Source of the DNA: Eledone cirrhosa
Taxonomy: Eukaryota
Assembly (NCBI GenBank): GCA_964016885.1
Contig: OZ024746.1
Span: 79,298,001 to 79,362,000 of the forward strand
Reading direction: 5' to 3'
DNA length: 64,000 bases
This document shows positions 25,804 to 39,449 of the stretch, one piece after another. Every line of letters starts with the position of its first letter. Positions within the stretch are counted from its first letter, which is position 1. Below the pieces are notes generated by a model that ran no database searches, had not been told where the DNA came from, and was given only the letters and a program-made list of their open reading frames with translations. A program made the position numbers and the translations under genes.

Positions 25804-26089
25804 CATGTAGCCTTAACGCCGAACTAGATTCTTTAACCTACGTGACCAAATAACCTCAGTTATTTCCCCCTACTCTGTTATACTCTGCAATAATTGATTT
25901 GTGTGTTTTGCTTGCTAAACAAGAAGAAAAGAAAAAACAACACTTTGAAATAGACACACATACATAAATCCTTCACACAGTCACACATATAGGTATATAT
26001 ACTGGAATACAAACGTCCTTCCATACATACATATAAATAAACAAAATAAAGACGAAATTTAGTTTAAAGACTTCTTCCTCGTGTATGTA

Positions 26090-26126
<37 letters not shown>

Positions 26127-26229
26127 CCCCCCCCCCACACACACACACACTGTGTGTGTTTTACGGTGGAAAGATTAATTCTAAAAGTTTTTCTACCGTT
26201 CACTTCCTTATATACACATACCTATACTT

Positions 26230-26314
26230 AGATATATAATATATATATTTGTGTGCATGTGTATATATATATATACATATATATGGATATATATATTTTT
26301 ATATATATATATAT

Positions 26315-26397
<83 letters not shown>

Positions 26398-26592
26398 TAT
26401 AAACACCAGTATAACCATACATATATATATATATTTGTGTGTGAGACTGTTTGTGTATGTATATGTGTCTATATATGTATATATATATATGTATATATAT
26501 ATGTATATATATATCTATATATATGTATATATATATGTATATATATATATGTGCGTGTATATATATATATATGTATATATATGTAAATATAT

Positions 26593-26637
<45 letters not shown>

Positions 26638-26668
26638 GTATATATGTATATATATATATATATACGTA

Positions 26669-26730
<62 letters not shown>

Positions 26731-26773
26731 CACACACATATATATATATGCATATACGTATCCTTAAGTAGTA

Positions 26774-26819
<46 letters not shown>

Positions 26820-26844
26820 TGTATATATATATATATATATATGC

Positions 26845-26927
<83 letters not shown>

Positions 26928-26940
26928 CATACATACATAA
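26230..26940. repeat. Large degenerate (TA)n field
   Basis: Direct inspection; similar fields at 35245-35590, 50328-50748, 51285-51850. Confidence 0.95.
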
Positions 26941-27162
26941 ATTCTTAACCTATAGACATTCCTACACAGAAGCAACTAAGCTTAATTCAGTTTGGTTTGG
27001 CGTCATCGTTCCTGGCACAGATTAACTTCTTATCAAATTTGTTTTATGCCTAATCGAATTTTCGATGCACATTCGACAAACCTAGAATAATTGTGCTCTG
27101 GATTTTATTTCTGATTTAACACGATTTATAAGCTACTTATTTTTGTTGATTTTTATATTCAA

Positions 27163-27212
<50 letters not shown>

Positions 27213-27387
27213 TTTGTACTTCCTTCTTTCGAAATTTAGTTTATGTTCACCTCACACTGAGTATGTATGTATGTTTATATATATGTGTGCCTCTATGTAT
27301 GTATGTATGTATGTATGTATGTATGTATGTATGTATGTATGTATGTATGTATGTATGTATGTATGTATGTATCAATGTATGTATGTA

Positions 27388-27429
<42 letters not shown>

Positions 27430-27641
27430 CGTGTGTGTGTGTGTGTGCGCGTGGTTACATGTGAGTGTGAACATATAGGTTTATTCGTGTGTATGTCTCA
27501 GTTCGAGTCCTAATATGAAGGTCTGTTAATGTTTGGGTGTATGTATGTTTGTTTAATGGTATGTGTCCTTGTTTATGTGTGTGAGTCGTAATAAGGAGGT
27601 GTGTTTGTGTTTAAATATCTCTATGAGCGCGGGTGTGTGTA

Positions 27642-27768
<127 letters not shown>

Positions 27769-27981
27769 ACAAGTGTATGTTTGAGTGTTTGGACACCTCT
27801 ATGTTTGTGTTAAATGTGTATCTCTGTGCATTCAACTGTTTTGATTTGTTCCCCAACACACTTGTGTTAATATATGCAATCTATTTATCTATTCGTGTGT
27901 ATTGGTATATATGTATATATATGTATGTTCATGACATTATCTAAAGAGACACACAGACAAACGGACAGATTGATAGATTGT

Positions 27982-28017
<36 letters not shown>

Positions 28018-28354
28018 TATATATAGAGAGATAGATATACACATTCATACATACATACATGCAAACATATGTGCATTTATAATTGTTCGTATATAAATCT
28101 AAAGATATTTCTATAAACACATATGCATATATTTCACTTAACATAAACTATATATACATGCATATGTGCGCAGGAAATGTCTACCTAAGTATTAAAAGGT
28201 TTAAATATATATATCTACACGCACTGTGTGTGTGTGTATGTGTGTGTATGTGTGTGTGTGTGTGTACTATGTATTAAGAGGTTTGTTGGATACAATTTCA
28301 AAATAGGATACAAAAGGACAGTATTTTAGAAATTTATTTGAAAGACAGAAACGG

Positions 28355-28443
<89 letters not shown>

Positions 28444-28532
28444 AAGTGTGGACGTTATAAAACGTTCCATAAATATCATATTATGTAACGAAAATGTTAA
28501 TAAATAACAGGGGGCTCGAAAAGCACACCCAG

Positions 28533-28779
28533 TATATATTAAAAAAGCGATCTTTATAACATGTATAAAATGTTGATGTTTTGCATAGCTTGTCTTCTCT
28601 AGTTTTAGATTTTCAAAAACATTTCTTTTTAAGTTTAATTGTCTTTTAATTTAGACGCTTGCATGCTGTTTTACGATTGCATGGTGTGGGTCGCTTCGTC
28701 CTTGCTGAAAACGGAGAAAACAAGCTATTTTAAACATCAATTGTTTGTAAATGTTATAAAAATCCATTTTATATATATA
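28533..28779. mobile_element. Old MITE-like element with ~75-bp imperfect inverted repeats
   Basis: 28533-28608 versus reverse complement of 28705-28779 (TTTATAACAT..TTGATGTTT..ATAGCTTGT.TTCTC..GTTTT.AG). Confidence 0.55.
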
Positions 28780-28793
28780 AATATATATACCAG

Positions 28794-29153
28794 ATGGTGA
28801 ATCGGTGCTACACGAGAATGTTGAGGATGGTTCTGAATATTAATCAGTATACACTGAGAATGGACAACTCAGAGCTGTACGGGAACCTCCCAAAAACCAG
28901 CTCGAAAGTAACACAGAGGAGACTGAGGTTAGCTGGACATGCTCACCGACATTCAGAGTTGACACTGCACTCAGTTCTCCTATAGGAACCCCTCCGCGGA
29001 CACACTAGAAGAGGGAGACCGAGGTTGATATATGTTGATGCCCTAAGGATAGTCACAGGTCTTTCGGAAACGCAGGACATGGCGGCAATGATGAAGGACA
29101 GAGACCGCTGGAGAGGACTCGTCCATGGATATCGGGAATTTTACCCGCCCTAG
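28794..29153 (+). mobile_element. RTE-clade LINE 3'-end fragment
   Basis: CYTRMLRMVLN..LYGNLPK..RRLRLAGH..LL*EPLRGHTRRGRPRLIYVD..MMKDRDRWRGLV; one in-frame stop at the conserved W. Confidence 0.88.
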
Positions 29154-29176
29154 ATATATAGATATATATATATATC

Positions 29177-29462
29177 CTATCCAATCCAGGTTCTCCTCAC
29201 TTTAGCTTGGTTTTTGTCATGTAATAAGTAGTGGGGTGTACTATGCTCACCACGCTTGGGTAATCTTGGGTCGGTGCTGCTATTTAACCTATTGTTGGGG
29301 TGGATGGCCGTTGAGTCTAGTGTGTTCGTCAGCTGTTGTTTTTTGTGTTGCTGGAGTTCCATTTACCCTCCTCACCAGAGCAGGGTTTGGTGGCGGAGCC
29401 GGTTTAGTCAACTACCACTCAACTATGAAGCAGATTGTACTGGTTTATATGGTACCAGTATT
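29177..29462 (-). mobile_element. Short non-autonomous element with a 5' end homologous to family R
   Basis: Minus strand TACTGG..CCAGTACAA..ACTAAACCGGC..CACCA..TGGTGAGGAGGGT..TCAACGGCCATCCA, as at 46048 and 43133. Confidence 0.65.
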
Positions 29463-29466
29463 AGGC

Positions 29467-29520
<54 letters not shown>

Positions 29521-30044
29521 GTAGATATGTTGATCGATATGTTAATAGATAAATAGGTTAATAGTGAGAGCAACATATATAATTGGATGAAAAGACAGAT
29601 GGATAGGTGTATAGATAATGATAGGTATACCTACACAGGGAAAGACAGATATATTAAAAAATACATAGATACGTAGATGGATCGATAGATGGAAGAAGAA
29701 ATAGAAGAAGAGATAGGGAATAAGAGAAAAACGAATCTATGAAAAAATGGAAATGGAAAAGGCAAGGAAAAATGCCGAAAGCAAGTCAACAAAAGATAGG
29801 CGATAATGAAATACTACACGATTATAAAAGAAAAAGATTGAAAGAAAGAAAGAAAAAAAAACACATTAGAAGAGAATCGAAGGATTGAAGGTTAATTTAG
29901 ACTCAATACTGGAAGTTAGTTTCAAAATCGTCATTAAACATTCGCGAAAGAAAAGGGAAAAAAAATCAAGATTTGTAATTTCTTGAGAAATTGGAAATAA
30001 TTTTCGTCCACAGACGTTATATTCGAGATGTGTTCGAAGAACAA

Positions 30045-30170
30045 TGTGAATGTACCCGACTTAGTGTTTAGGGTATTCAGTAGATGATTGTGAGTTCGAT
30101 ACTCGACGGCACGCTTTGTCCTTCAATGTACCAGTTTATTTCACGCTGCACCAGTCCACTCAGTTTAAAA
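30045..30170 (+). mobile_element. Diverged family B SINE
   Basis: GTGAGTTCGATAC, TTTATTTCACGCTGCACCAGTCCACTCAG. Confidence 0.6.
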
Positions 30171-30180
30171 AAGATAAGTT

Positions 30181-30304
30181 GTATAGGCCCAAAAGTCGCT
30201 AAACATAGGAAATTCTTAAGTTTCCATATTTATTTATTTTGAATAAATTCTTTCTTATAAAACATAATTATTTTTCTATGTATCGCGACTTTTGGGCTAC
30301 CCTG
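30181..30304. mobile_element. Tc1/mariner-type MITE remnant
   Basis: Inverted GCCCAAAAGTCGC...ACATAG / CTATGT...GCGACTTTTGGGC; right end reads CAGGGTAGCCC on the minus strand. Confidence 0.5.
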
Positions 30305-30558
30305 CACTTGTATTTGAAAGAGATACAAATGTATTAGGGTGAATATCTCTGAGAACTACATAAAGGTTACACGTTTCTGTAGAATGCTCAACTACATGCA
30401 CGTAGTTTCATAATTGTTTTTTTTTTACCCGTTTTAAAAAATTTGAACCTTCGTCGGAACCGACGGAGGTCCAGAAGTGATAAATTTCTCTGTATCTATG
30501 AAAATGTGTGTTTGTGAGCTGTGGATGGCAATTTGATTTGTTTGTCTTTCTCTGTCTA

Positions 30559-30638
<80 letters not shown>

Positions 30639-30830
30639 TCTCTCTCTACTATTTAGGCAGGAGAGTGGTGCAGAGCGAATCACAATATTCAGATATTCTA
30701 TGAGTGTGCGTGTGAAAGAGAGATAGAGAGATAGAGAGAACGAAAGAAAGAGGAAGGGAAAGAAGGAAAAATTATATGTAAAGGTATTCTTAAACTAGAT
30801 ACCTGCTTGGAATATGGGTAACTGTGTGTA

Positions 30831-31312
30831 AGGGCGGTGAATTGGCAGTATAGGTGGAGCATCAGACAATGTTTTATGGCATCGAGTTACGGCCCTTTAC
30901 GATCTGAGTTCAAATCCTGCCGAGGTTAGCTTTACGGAGTCGATACATTATTGCAAAGAGTGACTGTTTACTTACGATATGAGATTCGATCTAAGTCAAT
31001 TATTTTTACATATATTTCATTACTGCACTAGGGTTTGATGAACACAACCACAAGGATATGGTCCGAACGTAGAAGGGGCCGAACTCCCACTGTCATCGCC
31101 TCTATCTCTCTCGCCCTCTCCATCTCTCCGTATGGTGAACAAATGGGGTCTCACGTGCTGGCCTCTCCACGGCCCGGCGGACAGAAGGGAGAAGGCGTTT
31201 CCCCGGAGGATGGTAACGGAGATGCATTAAAGTACCAGTAATGCATTGGAGTCGATTTAGTCAATGTTTCCCTCCCCCAATATTGTTGGCCTTGTGCCTA
31301 AATCAGAAACCA
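30831..31312 (+). mobile_element. Family A SINE split by intervening sequence that includes a family Q copy (31036-31215)
   Basis: 5' half 30831-30948, 3' half 31228-31312 (AAAGTACCAGTAATGCA..GGCCTTGTGCCTAAA). Confidence 0.7.
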
Positions 31313-32498
31313 ATATGTGTAACTGTATGGACTCAGCTAAAGTCTACTAAGGGCTAGGTTACTGTGTTAAACTGAGTAACAGAATAAGTTTATCACTCAA
31401 GCAATAGACTTAAATTAGAGACCTGGTTCAAATATGTCTAACAGAATGGACTCATGAAATCAAGATGATTGTATTAAATTGGGCAACGAATTATGCAGTC
31501 CTAAGCGGGATTTGAACTCAGAATGAAAACAGCCGGAACAAATACAGCAAAGCATCTAATCCAATGCTCTAACCAATCAGCCAATTGATCCCCCTGGAAT
31601 TATTCTTTATTTCATCGACGCCGAATGAAAAAAAGAGCAAAGCTGTAGTGTATATGTGTATATACACACAGGCGTGTGTATCTGCGCGCATGCGCGTGTG
31701 TATGTGGGCGTGTATATTTGAGTTAGAATGTCTTCAGCAAATACATGAAGAACTGAATGTAATGCTAAACTGCTCGATATTTATATATAAATAGATAATG
31801 AGATAGATTAAGTTTCAACGATACATTGCTCTAAATTTACAGAATACTAGGTATATGTTTATTTAACTATTTCGAAAATGGCAGGGTCTTACATAATCAT
31901 AATACAGTGAGTTTAAAATGTTTGATTAACTGAGTTTATTCGTGCAATCAATATACAAAAACGTCCCCTTTTTGTTTAAAATCTAAACTTTAGTCATTTA
32001 TTTAGAATTTTGCCTACTAATCCCTTTGGTAATCTTAGTTGAACTACGTCAGTGGTTAACATCCTAAGCTGAGAGGAACTCTGAGGTTATATAAAGCATT
32101 ACCAGGTGTTTACAAGCTCAGTTCAAAATTTCAAGTACTTTGTCATAAACATAATGACCCCATAATATTGGGTATTCATTGTTCTCTAGATATAAACAGT
32201 TATCGCTTTTATGTGACTGTATAATAATCCAGGAGGAAAGTAATTATAGTGAGGTCACCCCGACAATAATAATTTGAATAAAAAGGATCTTTGAGAAAGG
32301 AAACGCTGAGAAAAACTGAACTAAGATTTTCAACTCAAAGTTTCACAAATGTCAGAGCCTACTGATTTTGTAGAAGGCTCTATTGAGGTGTTGTTTTTTT
32401 TCCAACAATATTGTTTAGCTGTTTTCAATTATATTTAGTGTCTCATCGCCTGTAGCTCAAATGAAATTGTGTAGTTTCTGTTACAAACATACATAGAA

Positions 32499-32559
<61 letters not shown>

Positions 32560-32560
32560 T

Positions 32561-32633
<73 letters not shown>

Positions 32634-32641
32634 TATTCATA

Positions 32642-32827
32642 TAATTGTTTCTACTTTAGGCACAAGGCCAGCAATTACCCAGTGCATTACTGGTAGTTTA
32701 TTTTTATCGACCCCATAAGGATGAAAGGCGAAGTCAACCTCGGCGGGATTTGAACTCAGATCGTAAAGGGACGTAACTATGCTGGAAAGCATGGCGTCCG
32801 ACCCTCTACCGATACTGCCAATCCACC
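32642..32827 (-). mobile_element. Family A SINE, well preserved
   Basis: Close reverse complement of 1712-1900. Confidence 0.88.
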
Positions 32828-33049
32828 GGTCTACTGGACGCACGAGCAGAAGGACGTGTTTTTTCCTGCCGGCAACATATCACAGAATCGAATTTCATCT
32901 GAGGATACCGTTCTCATAACAACAACAATTGCATGAATTACATCTTGACTGCATGGGAGAACCGTTGAAATAATTATAAGGAATAAACGATTTATGTAGC
33001 ATCAGCATCTTTATTAATGTTATTGTTATATATATATATATATATATAT

Positions 33050-33540
33050 AAGGATTAGAATACTGGAGCGTGTTTGAGTCAAACACCCTCTTCGTATTAT
33101 AGAAATGACAGTAAAAGGTATAACTCAATGCAGTTAAACAGAGCCAAAAAATTAAGAGAGTAAAACAAAGAATCCTTTAATACATCAAAAGTTTTTATTA
33201 GCCGACAATGTTTCGTCCTATTAAGGACTCATCAGGGCAATCAAAACAACAAGAGGTAATATCGGCAGATACAAGCCAGAAACTCTGAAGAATATGGAGT
33301 GTACATACACTAATGTCTTACAAAGATATACGATAATAAAAATGAAAATAAAGATAAAAATAAAAATATATAATAACTAAGGATGTAGATAACATTAAGA
33401 ACCATATTACAAATATAGTCCAAAGCCACCAACCTAAATCTAAACAAATTTGGTTATATAGAGCAGGAATTATATATAACACAATATAATACATTATAAT
33501 AATAATATATTTATACCAACATTAAAATTCCAAATTAAAA
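33050..33540 (-). mobile_element. PLE-like 3' UTR / pseudo-LTR remnant ending in (TA)n
   Basis: Canonical HHR followed immediately by AATAAA and an ATTGAGTTATACCTT motif like H1/H2; upstream boundary uncertain. Confidence 0.6.
33201..33238 (-). ncRNA. Canonical minimal type I hammerhead ribozyme
   Basis: GCC-CUGAUGA-GUCC UUAAUA GGAC-GAAA-C AUU G-UC-GGC: all core nucleotides, G10.1-C11.1 pair, GUC cleavage triplet. Confidence 0.88.
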
Positions 33541-33573
33541 ATCAAAAGGTACAATATATACATGTATATATGT

Positions 33574-33650
<77 letters not shown>

Positions 33651-33727
33651 CATATATATATATATGCGCACATATATACATGTATATATTGTACCTTTTG
33701 ATTTTTAACGTACATATATATATATGT

Positions 33728-33781
33728 ACGATATTCCGGGTTGAATCGGAGGTAACCACAGTAGAATCTCATCTATATTAA

Positions 33782-33785
<4 letters not shown>
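33728..33785 (-). mobile_element. 58-bp H2 footprint: 3' end joined to an inverted internal piece
   Basis: Matches 1211-1245 directly, then 1279-1303 inverted; GTA microhomology at the junction. Confidence 0.7.
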
Positions 33786-33861
<76 letters not shown>

Positions 33862-33865
<4 letters not shown>

Positions 33866-34373
33866 CGTTTCTGAATTTGTTTAGCAAGATTCTTTATCTG
33901 AAATCGTGTGTTGAAACCGATATTGTTATACTTTGGGAGGGTCATGTTGCCAATAAGAAACACACGCACCAGTTGCTTTCACTTCAATTTATTATAATAA
34001 ATTTATAAATTTAGGAATTTATAAATTTATAAGTTTCTGGTTGGTTGGTTGGTTCCACAACCAGATAGTTGTTTATATATTGTCAAAGTTATTTCGTCAC
34101 ACATTCTGTGACCTCTTCAGTGACTGGGGATTCTTTTCTTTGTTTTTGTGCCTCTCCTTTGTTCTGTCCTACGCCATTTTGTTTCTGTGTGTGTGTTGTG
34201 TGCTCAGTCTGCGCATGCGCCACATCCGGGTGTCTGTGTGTGTTTATATTCGTTTATTTATTTGTTTATTTACATGTTACCGGTTGGTTGTTTATTATAA
34301 TAAATTGAAGTGAAAGCATCTGGTGCGTGTGTTTCTTATTGGCAGGCATGACCCTCCCAAAGTATAACAATAT
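33862..34373 (-). mobile_element. PLE-like pseudo-LTR (family H3) with hammerhead and 5' inversion, in (TA)n
   Basis: ~80-bp inverted repeat 33919-34000 / 34292-34373; HHR at 34082-34124; (TA)n on both sides. Confidence 0.75.
34082..34124 (-). ncRNA. Type I hammerhead ribozyme candidate
   Basis: GUCA-CUGAAGA-G-GUCAC AGAAUGU GUGAC-GAAA-UAAC-UU-UGAC; perfect 4-bp stem I and 5-bp stem II, 1-bp stem III. Confidence 0.75.
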
Positions 34374-34377
34374 ATAT

Positions 34378-34444
<67 letters not shown>

Positions 34445-34478
34445 TACATATATATATATTCATATATATATATATATT

Positions 34479-34552
<74 letters not shown>

Positions 34553-34597
34553 CGAAACATAAGTCAATTGCATAAACTCACAATCCTTTATTTACTG

Positions 34598-34642
34598 CTA
34601 TATATGTTTCGATGATAGCCATTGAATGGCTATGACCTCATC

Positions 34643-34643
<1 letters not shown>
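34598..34643 (-). ncRNA. Truncated hammerhead core, C3 lost at the (TA)n junction
   Basis: UGAUGA-GGUCAUAGCCAU UCA AUGGCUAUCAUC-GAAA-CAUAUA-UA. Confidence 0.55.
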
Positions 34644-34676
<33 letters not shown>

Positions 34677-34731
34677 TCACACACAAACAAACACAAACAC
34701 ACACACACACACACGCACACACACACACACG

Positions 34732-34763
<32 letters not shown>

Positions 34764-35231
34764 GTATATGGATAAGTATATGGCCCAGTTCTAAAAAGAG
34801 TAAAATTTGCTCCATATTGAGTTCCATGCGGGGCGCCTATATATATTGTATATTGCCAGTGTGTTATGTCAGAATTTAGTAGCGAGCTTGTGCTCTCACG
34901 AGTCGCTTCAGTCTTTTCATAAATATGGAATAGATAATAAGATGCTACTCGTACTGCAACGTTTCTGAAATTACCACATTAAAGGCCACATTTTTTATGA
35001 TGCCAAAACGAACTAGCGGGTTACGAAACATTATGCATATTAATTACATAGTAAAATATTTCATTTTACTTTTTGGCAAAATCTATTTTTCAACAACCGA
35101 CGTAACATTTGATCTCTTATATCTTTCATAAGTTACGGCTGCAATATATATTATTTTATTTACTTTTTATTACTCACATAGACATACACACGTGGACTCT
35201 CTGTCTTTGTCTCTATTTCTCTCTCACTCTC

Positions 35232-35295
<64 letters not shown>

Positions 35296-35392
35296 CATAT
35301 ATACATATATATATATATATTTATATATATGTGTGTGTGTGTATTTTCTTATATAAATATATCTACACATTTATGTATATATATTTATACAT

Positions 35393-35510
<118 letters not shown>

Positions 35511-35939
35511 CATATATATATATAGCATATATACATATATTTATACATATGTATATATATGCATACATGCATACATACATATGTATATATTTTCTTAATT
35601 TATTGATTTGTTCTTTGAATGCCAGTATAAATTTTGTTACAGCTGTATTCAGTTTAGAATCTTGGTCATGCAGGGAGAATTAATGAGTTGTTATGTTAGT
35701 AGGTAGACTTCGTAGAGAATACATGTTTCTTTTGGTGTTTCTATGAAGTTTCACTTTAATGTTTATTGGCAACCTCTCAAACACGCTATCGCAATGTTTT
35801 TAATGTGCCATTCAGTAAGTGAGGGGCCCACTGCTTCACACACACATACACATACACACATACACACATACACACATACACACATATACATACTTCTTTA
35901 CATTACCTTGCAAACATTTCCATAACTAACTGACCACTG

Positions 35940-36009
<70 letters not shown>

Positions 36010-36108
36010 ACACTTGCAGTGTACAGTGAAAGCATAACTTTACATGCAAATCAAATATATTCTCTGGACGTATTTTATTCTTTTATTATGTTCATTATTA
36101 TTTTACTT

Positions 36109-36163
<55 letters not shown>

Positions 36164-36475
36164 TAGGTAGATACATACATACATATAAATGTATTTCGTC
36201 TTTTTTTTTATCACTGTTGCTCCTGTGTATCAGACAACGATGATGAATGTTTCCATTATTTTGAGTGTTCTTTGATCTCCAGCGATAACCAGATATTAAT
36301 ATTTGTTGCCTCGGCTCATAAAATCTCGATCGTATTTGCTTCAAAACAATATTAGATGTGGAAACGACGTGTTGATACTCGCTACCTTTTTGGGTCAAAC
36401 TAAGCCTAACTGAATTATTCACTCTCTCATGTTCACGCTGGCTTTCTCCCTTGCACTCTTTTGTCTCACCCCGTT

Positions 36476-36599
<124 letters not shown>

Positions 36600-37591
36600 G
36601 TATCCAAGTTTTTCATCGATGGATTTTCATATCAATTATTTAAATCGATGCTCAATTGTAGCGTTTGGTTTTATCAGGACCGAAAGTTAGATAATTCACT
36701 TTGACTATCTGATAACAAAAAGAGAAGTCTGGTGCGTACGGGTCAAATGTGCTGATCAAATATCTGATAGAGATACAAAATAGTAATAAAAATAAAAGTA
36801 AACTAAGAAATAAGCAAACAACAATAGTTATTACAATACATTCATGCATTAATTCATTTTTTTCTTCGCAGCCATTTTACAAAAGAATATCAAAAGATGA
36901 ATGTACCGGAAACCATTATAAATAAAGAGTTGACATGATAAATAGGTATATTCAATTGAATAATGCATCGTATAAGCACTAAGTTTTTACAGCATCGCAA
37001 GTTCACTGATGTTGTAATTGTAACTAGTTGTTTTGTCTCAATAACATTGCTAATTTACTTGATTTGTCTCATACATACGTGTCTTTTATTTTCTTTTTCT
37101 TTCCGTTGTTGAGTTCGAGAGGAAAGAGCAAGCTCATGACTCTTTTCAATACCTTTGAGACTTGTGGTAAATAGGAAGGAAAGTATTTTAAAACTGGATA
37201 TCCGTTTCGAGTGCTTGCCACAGAGTGGACTTTAAGAAAAACATCCAAGGATGTTGAACTGAGCGAATGCTTAATTCTGCAAACTAAGTAGACTAAAGCC
37301 GGATTTGAATTTCGAACAAATACCTCAGTGCTATAATAATTCTCTCAATCCACTACTTTGGACTAATAAGTTATTTTGTTGACCCCGAAAGTCTAAAAGG
37401 CAAGGTGAACCCAGAGCGCAGAGAACCGGAACAAATATGCAACACCATTATGCCGTTATGATTCTGTATTGGATAATTGTAAGAGAGACATTTAAAAGAT
37501 GAGTCGGTCAAGATTTCGACGTCTCAAACACAGGGGTGTTCCCTTTATTATGAAAAAAAAACAAAAAATTAATTACGGATAAAGGGAAATA

Positions 37592-37806
37592 ATGACTTCT
37601 AGTATAGGCACAACGCCAGTAATTTTTTTGGGGGGAGTCGATTAAATCGACACCAGTACGTTACTGGTGCTTTATTTTATCGACCCCGTAAGGTTGAAAG
37701 GCAAAATTAACCTCGGTGAGATTCGAACTCAGAACGTAAAGGGCCGTAACTCTATGCTGAAAAGCATGGGGTCCAGCTCTCTACCGATGCTGCCAATCCA
37801 CCGCCC
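37592..37806 (-). mobile_element. Family A SINE, long form
   Basis: A/B boxes, core and GTCGATTAAATCGAC hairpin segment. Confidence 0.85.
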
Positions 37807-38037
37807 TGATAATGGGAAGTAATAGAATGGAATGATACCAGCTGTCTAATAATAAAGGAGCATGCTCATATGCAGTTTTTCTATTCTTGTTAGATGGCTA
37901 AATTCTCTTAAGGATTATAATTCGCAACAGTCTACGTTCACTAAATTTTGTAAAAAAAATAATATAAATATAAGAGCTATAGTCACCAATAATATATATA
38001 AATATATATATATATTATTGGTGACTATAGATGTACG

Positions 38038-38093
<56 letters not shown>

Positions 38094-38372
38094 AACCTTT
38101 GAAGTGTAGTGACTGCTGGATAGCTACCATTACTCATACTTCTAGCCTCCTCAAACCACCTCTTCTACGGCTTTGATATAAATACCCCCTCCGTCTCCGT
38201 GCTATTTTTTTCAGGGTTATAAGGGGCTTAGCTCTGTTTCTTGACCGCTGTATCACGTGGTTGACTCGCACTCCGCATTTTCAAGATTCTATCTCGCGCA
38301 TCACAGACGTGTTTTGAAACCCTTAATGAGGTATGCTCTTGATAAGTCGGCAGACCTCACAAAAACTCTATA

Positions 38373-38426
38373 TCTCTATGATGTAGTGTTTTTGCACAAT
38401 ATGCCACGAAACTACGTAGTCGGGGA
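38373..38426 (+). ncRNA. Degenerate hammerhead in a probable pseudo-LTR (38090-38500)
   Basis: UCUCU-AUGAUGU-A-GUG..CAC-GAAA-CUACGUAG-UC-GGGGA; palindromic stem III, two core substitutions; TATAAATA upstream near 38177. Confidence 0.45.
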
Positions 38427-38497
38427 CTATAGAAGCAGTTTAGGTATGATATATCTTATTACTAATTACATCTAATGTTTCTTCTCTCTTCATAATG

Positions 38498-38588
<91 letters not shown>

Positions 38589-38676
38589 CATCTATATGTA
38601 GGTGCGCGCGTGTGCTTTGGCGCGTGTTTATATTTGTGAGACACTTTCACTCTATATACTCAAGCTTTGATACGTA

Positions 38677-38764
<88 letters not shown>

Positions 38765-39291
38765 ATATCTACATATATGCATACACATACATTCTTACAT
38801 TCGTATATACATCCATCCATCCATGCATACACACACACACTTACATACATACCCACATACACACATACACACATACATACATAATTATTTATAAGATAGT
38901 TCTATCAACAAACTGACTGTTTACATAAGACTGCATAAAATCAATTCTCGCTGAAAAGCGGAATTTCCCCTACTCCGCGTCTCAACTTTTGTCAGCTGTG
39001 AAATAGGCATGCTTTTCCAACGGTGTCGCCTTGCCTGTTGACACTTGGTGAAAGCATAATAGAGATGTGACATGAGTTTATATAACTACCAGAACATCAG
39101 GATTCTTATTTTCGAATAAATACTTCAGGAAGATTACATGAGGGATTTTAAATATTTTTTGTTGCTGTTATTGTTATTATTAGGGCGGTGAATTGGCAGT
39201 AACAATAAAGCGTCGGCCTCCATGCTTTGTAGCATACAGTTACGGCCTTTTATATTCTAAGTTCAATATGTATATCTGTTATATATATATA

Positions 39292-39449
39292 TAGTAATAA
39301 TAATAATAAATCTGACAACTAAAATCCAAAGAGGGCTCGATAAGGATAGATATATATCAAATATATAAGATTCCTAGAGCAAATATTTATTAAAATAGCA
39401 GATTAAAATTTAACCAAAGAATTGCTGCTTTCACCCTTAACGGGTGAAA
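39292..39449 (-). mobile_element. Family H4 remnant inserted in a family A SINE (39182-39520)
   Basis: Reverse complement of ~55811-55960; ends in the hairpin TTTCACCC TTAAC GGGTGAAA. Confidence 0.7.
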
